From Bdellovibrionales bacterium (GTDB lineage Bacteria; Bdellovibrionota; Bdellovibrionia; Bdellovibrionales; UBA1609): DNA of 64,000 bases. A program made the translations under genes and the position numbers. A model generated the notes under the pieces. That model saw only the letters and a program-made list of their open reading frames with translations. It was not told the origin of the DNA and ran no database searches. The stretch covers positions 1,568,001-1,632,000 of the forward strand of contig OZ241877.1 in NCBI GenBank assembly GCA_965203095.1, given 5' to 3'. Shown here piece by piece: positions 19,794 to 29,894 of the stretch. Positions within the stretch are counted from its first letter, which is position 1. Each line of letters starts with the position of its first letter.

Positions 19794-19926
19794 GTGGCCT
19801 GTGAAAAACCTCTGTCCTTTGTCGCATAAGCAAAAGCCAGCGGTGAGGGTCCAAGGTATTGCCGTCCTGAACAAGCTGGACTTTTACTTATGCGATCTAT
19901 TAAATGTAGACTTTTTCACTGACGAC
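19794..19926. mobile_element. MITE-like element
   Basis: GTGGCCTGTGAAAAA...TTTTTCACTGACGAC then TATTTA; core GAGGGTCCAAGGTATTGCCGTCC in a different stem (GCATAAGCAAAAGCCAGC / GCTGGACTTTTACTTATGC). Confidence 0.88.
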
Positions 19927-20028
19927 TATTTATAATGTGTGGCGGGGCTTTTAGGATGTGTTAAAATGAATTGCTCTTCCCTTGTTTTTTGAAAATTTCA
20001 AATGGAGATATTTTTGTAAAATTGGATT

Positions 20029-21399
20029 TTGCCGTTTATGAAAAATGCTTATTGGCTGATTTTATTTTTTAGTTTTCCCGCTTTCTCTAAGGTGTTCATC
20101 AATATTGGTGCTCCTGCCCGAGTCCAAAAAAACCTTATTGCCATTTCTCCTTTTGTTTTAAAGAATCTCAGTTCTGATCAGGATAAGTTGGGGGAGGAGG
20201 GGGAACGGATGTCTTCTCAATTTCGTCAAAACTTAGAATTTTCTGCTTACTTTAATATTTTATCTCCTAAAGCCTTTATAGAGAACCCCGCTTTAAAGGA
20301 GCCGGTCCCTTATCCTAAAAACTCTAAAGGTTTTCGTTGGCAAAATTGGAAGCTTACCGGAACGGATTTTCTCTTTTTTGCCAACTATTCCATCAATGGG
20401 GATAGGCTTTCGCTATCCGCTTTTTTTTATAATGTTCATTCACAAAAAAAAGTTTTTAAAAAGGATTACCATGGGCTTTTGAGCCAATCTCATCAAATAG
20501 TGGATCGTTTGTCTAATGACATTATTTATAGCCTGAGTGGGAAAAAGGGCATATTTGAGACAAAAATTTTAAGTGTTCGAAGTTTGAGTGGATCTAAAAA
20601 AGAGCTTTTTGTTATGGATTGGAACGGGCAAAATAAAAAAAGGCTGACTTACCATCGCTCTATTGTTTTGTCTCCCGCTTGGTCGCCTAATGGAAGAAAA
20701 GTGGCTTATAGTGCTTTTGTTTATAACAAAAAACTCAGGAAGAGGGTGGCAGGGCTTTTTCTTTATGATTTTAAAAGAAATAAAATTCAGTTGTTATCTG
20801 CTAAGGAGGGATCGAGTTTGGGATCTGATTTTTTCCCCAACGGGCGACAAATGTTAGTGACTTCAAGTTCTGGCCGAGGACTGCTGGATATTTTTGTTTT
20901 GAATTTGAAATCTTTATCCTTCCAACCTTTAACACATGGTCCACCAGGGGTTATCAATGTAGAGCCTCGTATTCACCCTCGGACAAGGGAAATTGTTTTT
21001 TCCTCTGACAGAGGAGGGAAAACCATGATTTATCTTATGAATCACCAAGGGAAAAAGCTCAGGCAAATCACTTTTGCCGGGCATTATAACTCCACTCCCG
21101 ATTGGCAGGCAGAAAAAGGCAGTGTGATTTTCTCTGGTTTGTCTAAAGGGCGAATGGATCTTTTTCGAATCTCTTCTAAAGGAAAATTAAAGCGACTCAC
21201 CAGGTTAAAAAAAAGAAATGGGGGCTGGGCCAACTCTGAATCTCCAAGCATTTCACCAGATGGTCGTTTTGTTGTTTTTAGTAGTGATGTTTCAGGAACT
21301 TATCAACTTTATGTAATGAGCTTAAATGATCTCTCTATTGAAAGAATCACCTTTGATCGCTATCATTACAAATCTCCTAAATGGTCACCTTATCTTTAA
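20029..21399 (+). CDS. tolB: Tol-Pal beta-propeller protein TolB
   Basis: TolB_N-like region, GKKGIFETKI, PD40 repeats (SPAWSPNG, SPSISPDG, SPKWSPY). Confidence 0.88.
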   Translation: MPFMKNAYWLILFFSFPAFSKVFINIGAPARVQKNLIAISPFVLKNLSSDQDKLGEEGERMSSQFRQNLEFSAYFNILSPKAFIENPALKEPVPYPKNSKGFRWQNWKLTGTDFLFFANYSINGDRLSLSAFFYNVHSQKKVFKKDYHGLLSQSHQIVDRLSNDIIYSLSGKKGIFETKILSVRSLSGSKKELFVMDWNGQNKKRLTYHRSIVLSPAWSPNGRKVAYSAFVYNKKLRKRVAGLFLYDFKRNKIQLLSAKEGSSLGSDFFPNGRQMLVTSSSGRGLLDIFVLNLKSLSFQPLTHGPPGVINVEPRIHPRTREIVFSSDRGGKTMIYLMNHQGKKLRQITFAGHYNSTPDWQAEKGSVIFSGLSKGRMDLFRISSKGKLKRLTRLKKRNGGWANSESPSISPDGRFVVFSSDVSGTYQLYVMSLNDLSIERITFDRYHYKSPKWSPYL

Positions 21400-21436
21400 T
21401 CTATTTTAGTTCAAGAGTATTTTAGTTCCCTGTGGG

Positions 21437-22669
21437 TCAGACTTTTTCAGGATCGATCAAATAGGATTTAAAAAAAGGTGAAAAAAGTTTTTGGAAAAGT
21501 TTTTTTTGGCCAAAAATCACGAACAAGGATGCACTAATAATAGAAATCAAAATAATGTAAAAAATCAGGTTTTGAATAAACTCTCCATGGGGATAGCCTT
21601 TTTGCAAAGGCAAAGTGGCCAGCACAGCACAGGCTAAGCCCCTTGGCCCCATGCCTGTAGCCACAAGAGCATCAAAGTAAGGGTATTTTTTTGCCGAAAA
21701 AACCAATCGGACAGCCACATAGCGAGTGAGTAGCATAAGAACAGTCAACAAAACCGCGAGGACAAGAATGTTGGTAGAGGAAAACTGAAAGAGCATTCCC
21801 AAGTAGAGAAAGAAAAAAGTCCGTAGTAAAAATGAGATTTCTTTTAAAAGTGACATTTCGTTTTCTGTAACAGGTTTTAGATTAAACAAACCACTCAAAT
21901 AATTTGGTAAAAGGTTTAAGTTGGCTAAGGCAAAACCAAAAGCCAAAATGCCTATCGGCCCGTTAAGATCAAATAGCTCGATACAGCCAAAGGTGAGAAG
22001 TGACCATGCCTCTGTGGAAAAAGGCATATCAAATAATTTTAAAAGTGTTTTTCTAAAAAAAGACCAAAGAAGGGCAGATCCCAAGCCTAAGCCGATAGAA
22101 ATAAAAGGTGTAGCTCCAAAACTTAAAATAAAGGCAGAGGCATTATAATTTTTGCTGAGGACACTTTCTAAAACCGCTAAAAAAGCCACAATGGCCAAAA
22201 CATCAGTGAAAGCGGATTCTAAAGATAAAAGTGTTTTTGTATTCTCTTTGAGATTTAAAGGTTTGACCATAGGGAAGACTATAGCCGAAGAGGTGCTTCC
22301 AATACCTAAGCCAATCAGCAAAGCTGTGGGGAAACTAAAAAAAGGGGTCATGAAGGCACAAGTTAGCCCAGCAATCAGCACAAAAGAGAGAAGGGAGAGT
22401 GAAAGTGCCGGCAAACTGGATTTTAAAAGAGATCGAGCATTAAGGTGCAAGCCTCCTTCGTAAAGAATAATAATTAAGGTGACTGTGGCCAAAACCACAC
22501 CCACCTGGCCTATATGTTGTTGGGTGATGACATTTAAGCCGGAGGGGCCAATGGCAAAACCGGCAATAATTAAAATCAAGAGATCAGGGATTTTTGTTTT
22601 TACAAAAACCCATTGCAAAAAATGACCTATAAAAAAAAGACCAGCTAAGCCAAGGATGGCTTTTTCCAT
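21437..22669 (-). CDS. Cation:proton antiporter (CPA1-like)
   Basis: ~12 TM segments, LYEGGL, LESAFTD, GPRGLACAVLA. Confidence 0.85.
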   Translation of the reverse strand: MEKAILGLAGLFFIGHFLQWVFVKTKIPDLLILIIAGFAIGPSGLNVITQQHIGQVGVVLATVTLIIILYEGGLHLNARSLLKSSLPALSLSLLSFVLIAGLTCAFMTPFFSFPTALLIGLGIGSTSSAIVFPMVKPLNLKENTKTLLSLESAFTDVLAIVAFLAVLESVLSKNYNASAFILSFGATPFISIGLGLGSALLWSFFRKTLLKLFDMPFSTEAWSLLTFGCIELFDLNGPIGILAFGFALANLNLLPNYLSGLFNLKPVTENEMSLLKEISFLLRTFFFLYLGMLFQFSSTNILVLAVLLTVLMLLTRYVAVRLVFSAKKYPYFDALVATGMGPRGLACAVLATLPLQKGYPHGEFIQNLIFYIILISIISASLFVIFGQKKLFQKLFSPFFKSYLIDPEKV

Positions 22670-22716
22670 AAAAACCCTTTTTGTTGGTTTCTATTTATTG
22701 ATAAATATTTTTAAGT

Positions 22717-25089
22717 TTATTCATCTTGAACAGGGTCGATAGACATTCTATCCACATCTCTTAACTCCTCTTTGTAATTAGGACAACGGCGATCCGTAAT
22801 CTTAAACGGAGTGTGTTCCTTAAGCTTGCTTAAATCCAAACCTCTGGCCTCCCAATCCACCTCCGGCAAATCCTTCCTACACTCAACAAGCTTCCTCTTA
22901 CAAACCACCTCCCTCACCAAATACTCATGTAATGTCAATATATTCGCCTTTGGCTGAATGTTCATAGGAATACAATCCCTCAACCTCAAAGGTGGAGGAA
23001 AAGGAAACTCCTTACCACCGGTCACATCCTCATAAGTCCGATCCACAAACCTCCAAACATCATCACGACGCTCCACTGCCTTCTCCTTCGCCGCAGAAAT
23101 CGCACTCTTAAAATCCTCAATCCTATCAGGAGCCTCATCTATCCACCTGTTAAACTTCTCCGATATATTCTCATTCGCTATTCTTCTCCTCCGCTCCTTC
23201 GCTTGCCTCTCAAGCCTCCGAGCCGTAGCCCCCTTAACCAAAGGATTCACACTCCTCGTCCCTTGAGCCCAACCACCTAAAGGATCAAACCTCTTAGCCC
23301 TTTGCTCTCGAGCATACTCCTTAATATTCTTAATATCCTCCGGATGATAAATCTTAAGTTGCTCCTCTGTTAAAACCCCTTCTTCCAACAACAAAGCAAT
23401 CTCCTCATCATGCTCTTTACTATTAGAACCCTCAACAGTATTCTCCTGAACAACAGGACCAGAAGGCAAAGCACCTGAAGCAGAAACTGAACTCGGATAT
23501 CTGTTATTAGAATTATCCGTTCCTGAAGAAGTATCCTCTCCTCCTGAAGAACCTGGAGTAGTAGAAGTAGGAAGATTATTGGCCTGAGTAAAAGAACCTC
23601 CCCCTAAGGCCGAACAAGATTGCTGGAATATACCACCCACCTTAGCTAACCTCATAGACTCTGAAGTTTTTAAATCATTATAGGGTTTATCACAAGCCGA
23701 CAAAAAAGGACTTTTTGACGATGACAAAGCCTCTGATGATAGGGCCAAGCTAATATCCTTCCTATCAGACAAAGGCCAAACTTGTGCCACTGCCTTACTG
23801 AACTCAAGCCTCAGTTTTTTTAAAGGTTGTTCACATTGGGAGCTACTTTGTTGATAAGCTCTCCCAGAGCTACTTACAAGCTCTCCTTCGTGCATAGCCA
23901 TAGCCTCCACACTATGAAGGGCAAAACAAGAAAGAAAATCTCTTTTAAAATCTTCTAACTCGGACAAACAGTTTTCAGCACATTTATCGGTAGAATCCTT
24001 GCATATATCATTTAACTGAGACAAAATACCAGACTTTGACCTTTGAAATGCAGGGCTATTTGCTTGGCACATATTACCACTGCCAGCAGTGTTTCCCGCA
24101 GTATTGTTTCCAGCAGATAAAAAAGGTTGGACTTGGGAATTGTATTTACTCATCACTTCCTCATTGGAAAAATACTCACAACCCGCCCCAGCACAACAAC
24201 TCTCCACCTCTTTTGTTTGAGATAGGCAGGTTTTAAATAAAGAGTTTTCTGAGTTAAGATTTATTTTAGATGATAGAGTAGCAATACAAGATCCTTGAGG
24301 GTCCCGGCAGGATTGTTCTGCTTTTTTATACAAATCATCTAAAGATTCAAAAAAGGATGTGAATTTTTCTTGCTGTTCAAAACAGCCGGCTTGTTTTAAC
24401 TCGGACAATTTGGAACCGAAGTCACGAAGTGAGGCTTGGCCTGGATAACGGCTTGTTCTTCCATGCCCATAAAAGGCTCCCTGGGCTTTTTCGACACATT
24501 CAGCATAAAATTTATCCCATTCTGAAAAAGGTGGCCATAAATTTTGAAGAGCTGATGGAGCTGTCATATCTGCTCGCACTTCAGAAACAGATTTAAACCT
24601 TTGGATAGAGGGACTCATTGCCAACTGATAAATATTGTTGAAACTATCAAAAATAGTTCCAGCACAGCTGTTTCTGGAATTGCGGATGCTTCGCTCCGAT
24701 GTTTTTTGGTTCTCCACAGATCTTGCCTTATTGTAATTCAACATAGCTGTTCTAAAAGAATTGTAATCATTTGAACAGGCTTTTTGAAAGGCCACACTTG
24801 CTGGAAGCTGACCATTAAAATAATAACTGGATCGCCCCGCTTGAGGATGGGCAATTTGACCAAAATGTTGGCTCAACTCATCATCCACAAAACTTTGGTA
24901 TTGATTGCTTATATTATGACTACTTGTTGCGGGAACTTGCTCAGTGTCTTCACCAGATTTAAGGGCATTACTGGCCCAAAAAGAAAGGCCCCCAATCCCC
25001 ATCAAAATAAGGGGTAATAAAAATATGGTTTTTTTTATATTGAGTTTCATGTTTTCCTCCCTGTTTTTATGTCTTGAAGTCATTTTCAA
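22717..25089 (-). CDS. Large Cys-rich secreted hypothetical protein with Ser/Thr/Gly linker and distinct C-terminal region (start probably ATG ~25050)
   Basis: 790-aa ORF, signal peptide KKTIFLLPLILMGIGG, many Cys, low-complexity linker. Confidence 0.7.
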   Translation of the reverse strand: MKMTSRHKNREENMKLNIKKTIFLLPLILMGIGGLSFWASNALKSGEDTEQVPATSSHNISNQYQSFVDDELSQHFGQIAHPQAGRSSYYFNGQLPASVAFQKACSNDYNSFRTAMLNYNKARSVENQKTSERSIRNSRNSCAGTIFDSFNNIYQLAMSPSIQRFKSVSEVRADMTAPSALQNLWPPFSEWDKFYAECVEKAQGAFYGHGRTSRYPGQASLRDFGSKLSELKQAGCFEQQEKFTSFFESLDDLYKKAEQSCRDPQGSCIATLSSKINLNSENSLFKTCLSQTKEVESCCAGAGCEYFSNEEVMSKYNSQVQPFLSAGNNTAGNTAGSGNMCQANSPAFQRSKSGILSQLNDICKDSTDKCAENCLSELEDFKRDFLSCFALHSVEAMAMHEGELVSSSGRAYQQSSSQCEQPLKKLRLEFSKAVAQVWPLSDRKDISLALSSEALSSSKSPFLSACDKPYNDLKTSESMRLAKVGGIFQQSCSALGGGSFTQANNLPTSTTPGSSGGEDTSSGTDNSNNRYPSSVSASGALPSGPVVQENTVEGSNSKEHDEEIALLLEEGVLTEEQLKIYHPEDIKNIKEYAREQRAKRFDPLGGWAQGTRSVNPLVKGATARRLERQAKERRRRIANENISEKFNRWIDEAPDRIEDFKSAISAAKEKAVERRDDVWRFVDRTYEDVTGGKEFPFPPPLRLRDCIPMNIQPKANILTLHEYLVREVVCKRKLVECRKDLPEVDWEARGLDLSKLKEHTPFKITDRRCPNYKEELRDVDRMSIDPVQDE

Positions 25090-25245
25090 CCACCTCTTTG
25101 AGATTTACTTAAGACTTAAACCGCCTTACATCCTAACAACTTACCAAAAAAAATCAAAGCTTTTTTTAAGTTTTTTTAAAAAAAAATCAAATCTGACAGG
25201 AGACTTTTCCCGTAGACTTTGCTAAAAAGCATTATTTTTTGGTTT

Positions 25246-25348
25246 CTTTGCCCAAAGACCACAGCATTTCGGGACGGCAATACCTTGGACCCTCATGCTG
25301 TGGCTTTGGGCAAAAGAAGTTTAGAGGCTGTTTTTTCACAAACAAGTA
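25246..25348. mobile_element. Partial MITE-like element with intact cargo hairpin
   Basis: TTTGCCCAAAG-A-CCACAGCAT-core-ATGCTGTGG-CTTTGGGCAAA; degenerate right end TTTTTCACAAACAAG then TATTTA. Confidence 0.85.
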
Positions 25349-25427
25349 TTTAATTAAAAAACTGTTCAATCTTTAAACAGTTTTTTTAAAAAAACAGGTT
25401 TTGTTTAAAGGTTCAGCAAGTTAAAAC

Positions 25428-25456
25428 TTGACTTTTAGCTTGTTTTTAGTTATAAA
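25428..25456 (+). promoter_or_regulatory. Sigma70-type promoter, duplicated upstream of the second paralog
   Basis: TTGACT-17 bp-TATAAA then AAGGAGG RBS; -35 box lies inside a 9-bp inverted repeat. Confidence 0.7.
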
Positions 25457-25491
25457 TGTTTCATATTGAGGCATAAAAATAAGGAGGATTT

Positions 25492-26451
25492 ATGTTTTTA
25501 AAGCTCTTAACCTTGATGATGATGGTTTTTACTTTAAATGCTTATGCAAACCCAGCCTGTCGGGAATGGGAGGAAGAATATCATTATTCTCCAGATTATC
25601 TCCCGGATGTTATGGGTTATGCCCGTTGCCTTATCTTTAACGGGGATAAAGAAAAGGCTTTGGCTTTTATCCAACAGCTTGACAGACAAGGTTATATTCC
25701 TGGGGTTTTTTATATGGCCAAATACATTCAGCACCAATGGAATTATGGAACAAGGGATTATGATCGTTTAGATGAAATTATAATGGCTTATCTCCGGGTA
25801 ATCTCTTTAATTGAAGGGGCTTATGACTATCCCCAATTTAATGGCCAAAATTTTGATGGTGCTCTGCTCTGGTATGAGCAAACAGACAGTATGGAGCTGA
25901 ACTCCCATTATCAGGTTCCTATGACTTACTTTCATAAATTTACACAAGGAGCTATCGGCATTTATAATTTATATTTAATGCAATCTCCTAATTATAGTGG
26001 AGAGAGGGATTTAAACACTTACCCCACTTACAATTTATATACTGAGGACAGTTTGGAAAAAACCATTGAGCATGCCAACCGTTGCCTTTCCCTACCGATG
26101 AAAGATTATTTTATAGAGGAGGTCTATAGGTTTTATCAATCGGCTTGTCAGGTATTAAAAGATTCTGCCCAAGCCCTTCTGCCATTAGAGGGGGAAAGGC
26201 TGTCCCTTTTAAACAAAAGATCTTGCAGGAGTGCTTTGCCGAATTGTCAAGAGTATAATGACTTGGCTGATAGGGAAATGATTCCAATTATTGATAAAGT
26301 TTTTGATGAGTTAGATGTAATATTTGATGAGTTAAATCTATTTTTAGAAAAGAAGGGTGCTTGCTTAGAGGCAGAACTTGAAAGAAGACAAAGGCTATTT
26401 GATGAGAAGGGAATAATCCTAACTGATGAATTTACTTGTGATATATCATAG
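25492..26451 (+). CDS. Secreted helical (Sel1/TPR-like) hypothetical protein, paralog 1
   Basis: Signal peptide ending AYA, strong RBS, near-identical to 26569-27540 over ~245 aa. Confidence 0.8.
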   Translation: MFLKLLTLMMMVFTLNAYANPACREWEEEYHYSPDYLPDVMGYARCLIFNGDKEKALAFIQQLDRQGYIPGVFYMAKYIQHQWNYGTRDYDRLDEIIMAYLRVISLIEGAYDYPQFNGQNFDGALLWYEQTDSMELNSHYQVPMTYFHKFTQGAIGIYNLYLMQSPNYSGERDLNTYPTYNLYTEDSLEKTIEHANRCLSLPMKDYFIEEVYRFYQSACQVLKDSAQALLPLEGERLSLLNKRSCRSALPNCQEYNDLADREMIPIIDKVFDELDVIFDELNLFLEKKGACLEAELERRQRLFDEKGIILTDEFTCDIS

Positions 26452-26568
26452 AAATTCGTTTTTTTAAAAAATAAGTTTTGTTTAAAGGTTCAGTAGGCTA
26501 AAACTTGACTTTTAGCTTGTTTTTAGTTATAAATGTTTCATATTGAGGCATAAAAATAAGGAGGATTT

Positions 26569-27540
26569 ATGTTTTTAAAGCTCTTAACCTTGATGATGAT
26601 GGTTTTTACTTTAAATGCTTATGCAAACCCAGCCTGTCGGGAATGGGAGGAAGAATATCATTATTCTCCAGATTATCTCCCGGATGTTATGGGTTATGCC
26701 CGTTGCCTTATCTTTAACGGGGATAAAGAAAAGGCTTTGGCTTTTATCCAACAGCTTGACAGACAAGGTTATATTCCTGGGGTTTTTTATATGGCCAAAT
26801 ACATTCATAACGAATGGAATTATGGAACAAGGGATTATGATCGTTTAGATGAAATTATAATGGCTTATCTCCGGGTAATATCTTTAATTGAAGGGACTTT
26901 TGACTACCCCCGATTTAATGGCCAAAATTTTGATGGTGCTCTGCTCTGGTATGAGCAAACAGACAGTATGGAGCTGAACTCCCATTATCAGGTTCCTATG
27001 ACTTACTTTCATAAATTTACACAAGGAGCTATCGGCATTTATAATTTATATTTAATGCAATCTCCTAATTATAGTGGAGAGAGGGATTTAAACACTTACC
27101 CCACTTACAATTTATATACTGAGGACAGTTTGGAAAAAACCATTGAGCATGCCAACCGTTGCCTTTCCCTACCGATGAAAGATTATTTTATAGAGGAAGC
27201 CTACCGGTTTTATCAATCAGCCTGTCAGGTGTTAAAAGATTCCGCCCAAGCCCTTTTGCCATTAGAGGGGGAAAGGTTATCTCTTTTGAACAAAAGATCT
27301 TGCAGGGATACTTTGCCGAATTGTCAAGAGTATGATGAATTGGTTAAAGAGAAAATGTTTCCGATTATTGGAGAAACTCATGATGAGTTGGATATAATAT
27401 TTGACGATCTGAATCGCTTTTTTGAAGAGAAGGATGCCCGTGATGCAGAGATAAGCAGAAAATTTCAGGAAGAACTGGACGCTGTCACTTCAGATGAGGA
27501 ACACCTTGAACTTTTACGAAAATATAACCTGATTGATTAA
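26569..27540 (+). CDS. Secreted helical (Sel1/TPR-like) hypothetical protein, paralog 2
   Basis: Tandem duplicate including promoter; divergent C-terminal ~75 aa. Confidence 0.8.
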   Translation: MFLKLLTLMMMVFTLNAYANPACREWEEEYHYSPDYLPDVMGYARCLIFNGDKEKALAFIQQLDRQGYIPGVFYMAKYIHNEWNYGTRDYDRLDEIIMAYLRVISLIEGTFDYPRFNGQNFDGALLWYEQTDSMELNSHYQVPMTYFHKFTQGAIGIYNLYLMQSPNYSGERDLNTYPTYNLYTEDSLEKTIEHANRCLSLPMKDYFIEEAYRFYQSACQVLKDSAQALLPLEGERLSLLNKRSCRDTLPNCQEYDELVKEKMFPIIGETHDELDIIFDDLNRFFEEKDARDAEISRKFQEELDAVTSDEEHLELLRKYNLID

Positions 27541-27580
27541 ATTATTTTGATATTGAGAAACTTGGCTTTCCTGCCTCAAC

Positions 27581-27646
27581 TTTTTTTAAAAAATTAAGTT
27601 TTGTTTAAAGGTTCAGTAGGCTAAAACTTGACTTTTAGCCTGTTTT
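27581..27646 (+). repeat. Third, truncated copy of the upstream direct repeat (others ~25381-25491, ~26459-26568)
   Basis: GTTTTGTTTAAAGGTTCAGTAGGCTAAAACTTGACTTTTAGC shared. Confidence 0.85.
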
Positions 27647-27791
27647 TATAGTGTTTCCAGTAAGAACAGGAGTTTGGAGGCTTGCTTTTCCTGTCATACA
27701 AGCCAGCTGAAGTTGGAACCATGAATCTTTTTTAAAATGGCCATATCTAAAAAATTGACTTTTTTTAAGTTTTTTGTCATTTTTTCCCTGT

Positions 27792-28979
27792 ATGGAAATA
27801 AAATTTTTAAGGGATTTTGATTTTAAAGACAAAAATGTTTTTATGAGAGTGGATTTTAATGTCCCTTTAGAAAAAGGACAAATCATTGACTCCCATCGCA
27901 TTGAAAAAAGCTGGCCCAGCATTCAGTTTATTTTAGAAAGAGGTGGGCGGTTGTTATTGGCCTCTCATTTGGCTCGCCCCGGAGGTCAAAAAGTTCCTCA
28001 TCTTTCTTTAAAACCTGTGGCTCAGCTATTGAGTGAGAAAAAAAATCTGGAAGTTTTATTTGTGGAAGAACCGGAAAGCTCTGCCCCTCGGAGGCTTTTT
28101 CCCAGTTTAAAAAGTCATCAGGTGCTTTTGCTGGAAAATTTGAGATTTCACCCCGGTGAGGAAAGCTCTGACCCTCTTTTTGCAAAGCAACTGGCCAGTT
28201 ATACGGACATTTATATCAATGAGGCCTTTAGTCTCTCTCATAGGGAAAATACCAGTGTCACCCTCTTGCCCGCCCGGTTATCTCACAAGGGAATGGGGAT
28301 AATGTTTGAAAGGGAAATTCAGCATTTGGATCCCATCCGAAGGGGCCAGGCAAAAAAGCCTTTTTTGGTCATATCTGGAGGAAGCAAGTTGAAAGATAAA
28401 ATCCCCTTGTTAGAGACTTTAGTGGATTCAGCAGATGAATTTCTTATTGGAGGCTTAATGGCTTACACTTTTTTAAAGGCTTTAAAGCAACCCGTAGGTT
28501 CCACTTTTGTAGAAAAGAACTGCTTTTGTCAGGTTATTGATTTTATGGATCGAGTAAAGGGTAGGGGAAAGAGTTTTTTTCTTCCAATAGATCATGTTGT
28601 GGAATATAAAGGCCAGGTGAAAACTTTAAATGATTTTAAAGCCAGGCCAGAGGCTGTGGGTCGGGATATAGGGCCTGAAACCTTAAAGCTTTTTCAAAAA
28701 AGAATCCAAAGGGCAGGCTCTATTTTTTGGAATGGGCCTTTGGGCCTTTTTGAAAAAAAAGAGTTTCGAAAAGGCACTCAGTCTCTCCTTCAGTCAGTTG
28801 CAAATCACTCCTCAGCTTATCGCTTAGTGGGGGGTGGCCATTCGGCTCTATTTGCAAGGGATTTTGAGTCGGAATTGGATCATATTTCCACAGGTGGCGG
28901 GGCCAGCCTTTCTTATTTGCAGGGGAAAAGTTTACCCGGGATAAAAAGCTTGCTCCCTGAATCAATAAGAGGCCAATAA
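27792..28979 (+). CDS. pgk: Phosphoglycerate kinase
   Basis: RVDFNVP, LLENLRF, DIGPET, WNGPLG, HISTGGGASL. Confidence 0.95.
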   Translation: MEIKFLRDFDFKDKNVFMRVDFNVPLEKGQIIDSHRIEKSWPSIQFILERGGRLLLASHLARPGGQKVPHLSLKPVAQLLSEKKNLEVLFVEEPESSAPRRLFPSLKSHQVLLLENLRFHPGEESSDPLFAKQLASYTDIYINEAFSLSHRENTSVTLLPARLSHKGMGIMFEREIQHLDPIRRGQAKKPFLVISGGSKLKDKIPLLETLVDSADEFLIGGLMAYTFLKALKQPVGSTFVEKNCFCQVIDFMDRVKGRGKSFFLPIDHVVEYKGQVKTLNDFKARPEAVGRDIGPETLKLFQKRIQRAGSIFWNGPLGLFEKKEFRKGTQSLLQSVANHSSAYRLVGGGHSALFARDFESELDHISTGGGASLSYLQGKSLPGIKSLLPESIRGQ

Positions 28980-28984
28980 ATAAA

Positions 28985-29725
28985 ATGATTGTTGCCGCAA
29001 ATTGGAAAATGAGTATGGGGTTTAAAAAGGCTCTGGAGTTTTTGTCTCGTTTTAGCCAACTCACAAAGGGCCAAGCGAGGGAAGGTTTTATTTTTTTCCC
29101 CCCTATCTGTTTGTCTGCTCTATTTCAAAAAAGGAATTTTTATTGGGGTGGGCAAAATATTCACTATCAAAAACAAGGGGCTTGGACAGGGGAGACCTCA
29201 GCTCAAACTTTAAAGGAAATGGGAGCTTGTTTTTGCCTTCTTGGGCACAGTGAGCGTCGCCAAGCTTTTAGGGAGTCCCATAGTGATTTGGAAAAAAAGT
29301 TTCTCCTTTTACAGGAGCTGGCTTTAATTCCAGTTTTATGTGTTGGCGAAGATCTAAAAAATCGAAAAAACAAAGAAAAGGTTTTAAAAAAACAGCTTTC
29401 CATAATCAAAAACTTTATGAAAAACAAAAAAGCTTTTCCCACTGGCCCCAGCCTGGCTTTTAAAGCTCTCTCTTTAATTGTGGCTTATGAGCCGGTTTGG
29501 GCGATAGGCTCTAACAAAAGCCCATCTTGCCAAGAGATAGATGAGACCACTCAGTTTATAAAAGAATATATCCCCTGGCCCTCCGCTCAGGTTTTTTACG
29601 GAGGGAGCCTCAATGTAAAAAAAGCTCAAGATTTTTCAAAAAATTCTTTAGTTGATGGTTTTTTGGTGGGCCGGGCCTCTTTAGATCCTGATGAGTTGTT
29701 TAATATATATGCCTGTTTTGTTTGA
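28985..29725 (+). CDS. tpiA: Triosephosphate isomerase
   Basis: ANWKM, GHSERR, AYEPVWAIG, YGGS, DGFLVG. Confidence 0.95.
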   Translation: MIVAANWKMSMGFKKALEFLSRFSQLTKGQAREGFIFFPPICLSALFQKRNFYWGGQNIHYQKQGAWTGETSAQTLKEMGACFCLLGHSERRQAFRESHSDLEKKFLLLQELALIPVLCVGEDLKNRKNKEKVLKKQLSIIKNFMKNKKAFPTGPSLAFKALSLIVAYEPVWAIGSNKSPSCQEIDETTQFIKEYIPWPSAQVFYGGSLNVKKAQDFSKNSLVDGFLVGRASLDPDELFNIYACFV

Positions 29726-29734
29726 CACTACTTA

Positions 29735-29870
29735 GTCGCCCGTGAAAAACCTTTGTTTTTTAACTTCTTTTGCCCAAAGCCACAGGGTGAGGGTCCAAGG
29801 TATTGCCGTCCCAAATAAGCTGGACTTTTGCTTATATGATCTATTAAATGTAGACTTTTTCACGAGCGAC
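29735..29870. mobile_element. MITE-like element with perfect 6-bp target-site duplication TACTTA; chimeric arms
   Basis: TACTTA|GTCGCCCGTGAAAAA...TTTTTCACGAGCGAC|TACTTA. Confidence 0.92.
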
Positions 29871-29894
29871 TACTTATAAAAAAAGGCGATAAAA

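Noticed and set aside
25492..27540. Diversity-generating retroelement TR/VR pair
   Set aside because: Differences are not adenine-specific (CAGCACCAA vs CATAACGAA), both copies are full genes, and there is no reverse transcriptase.
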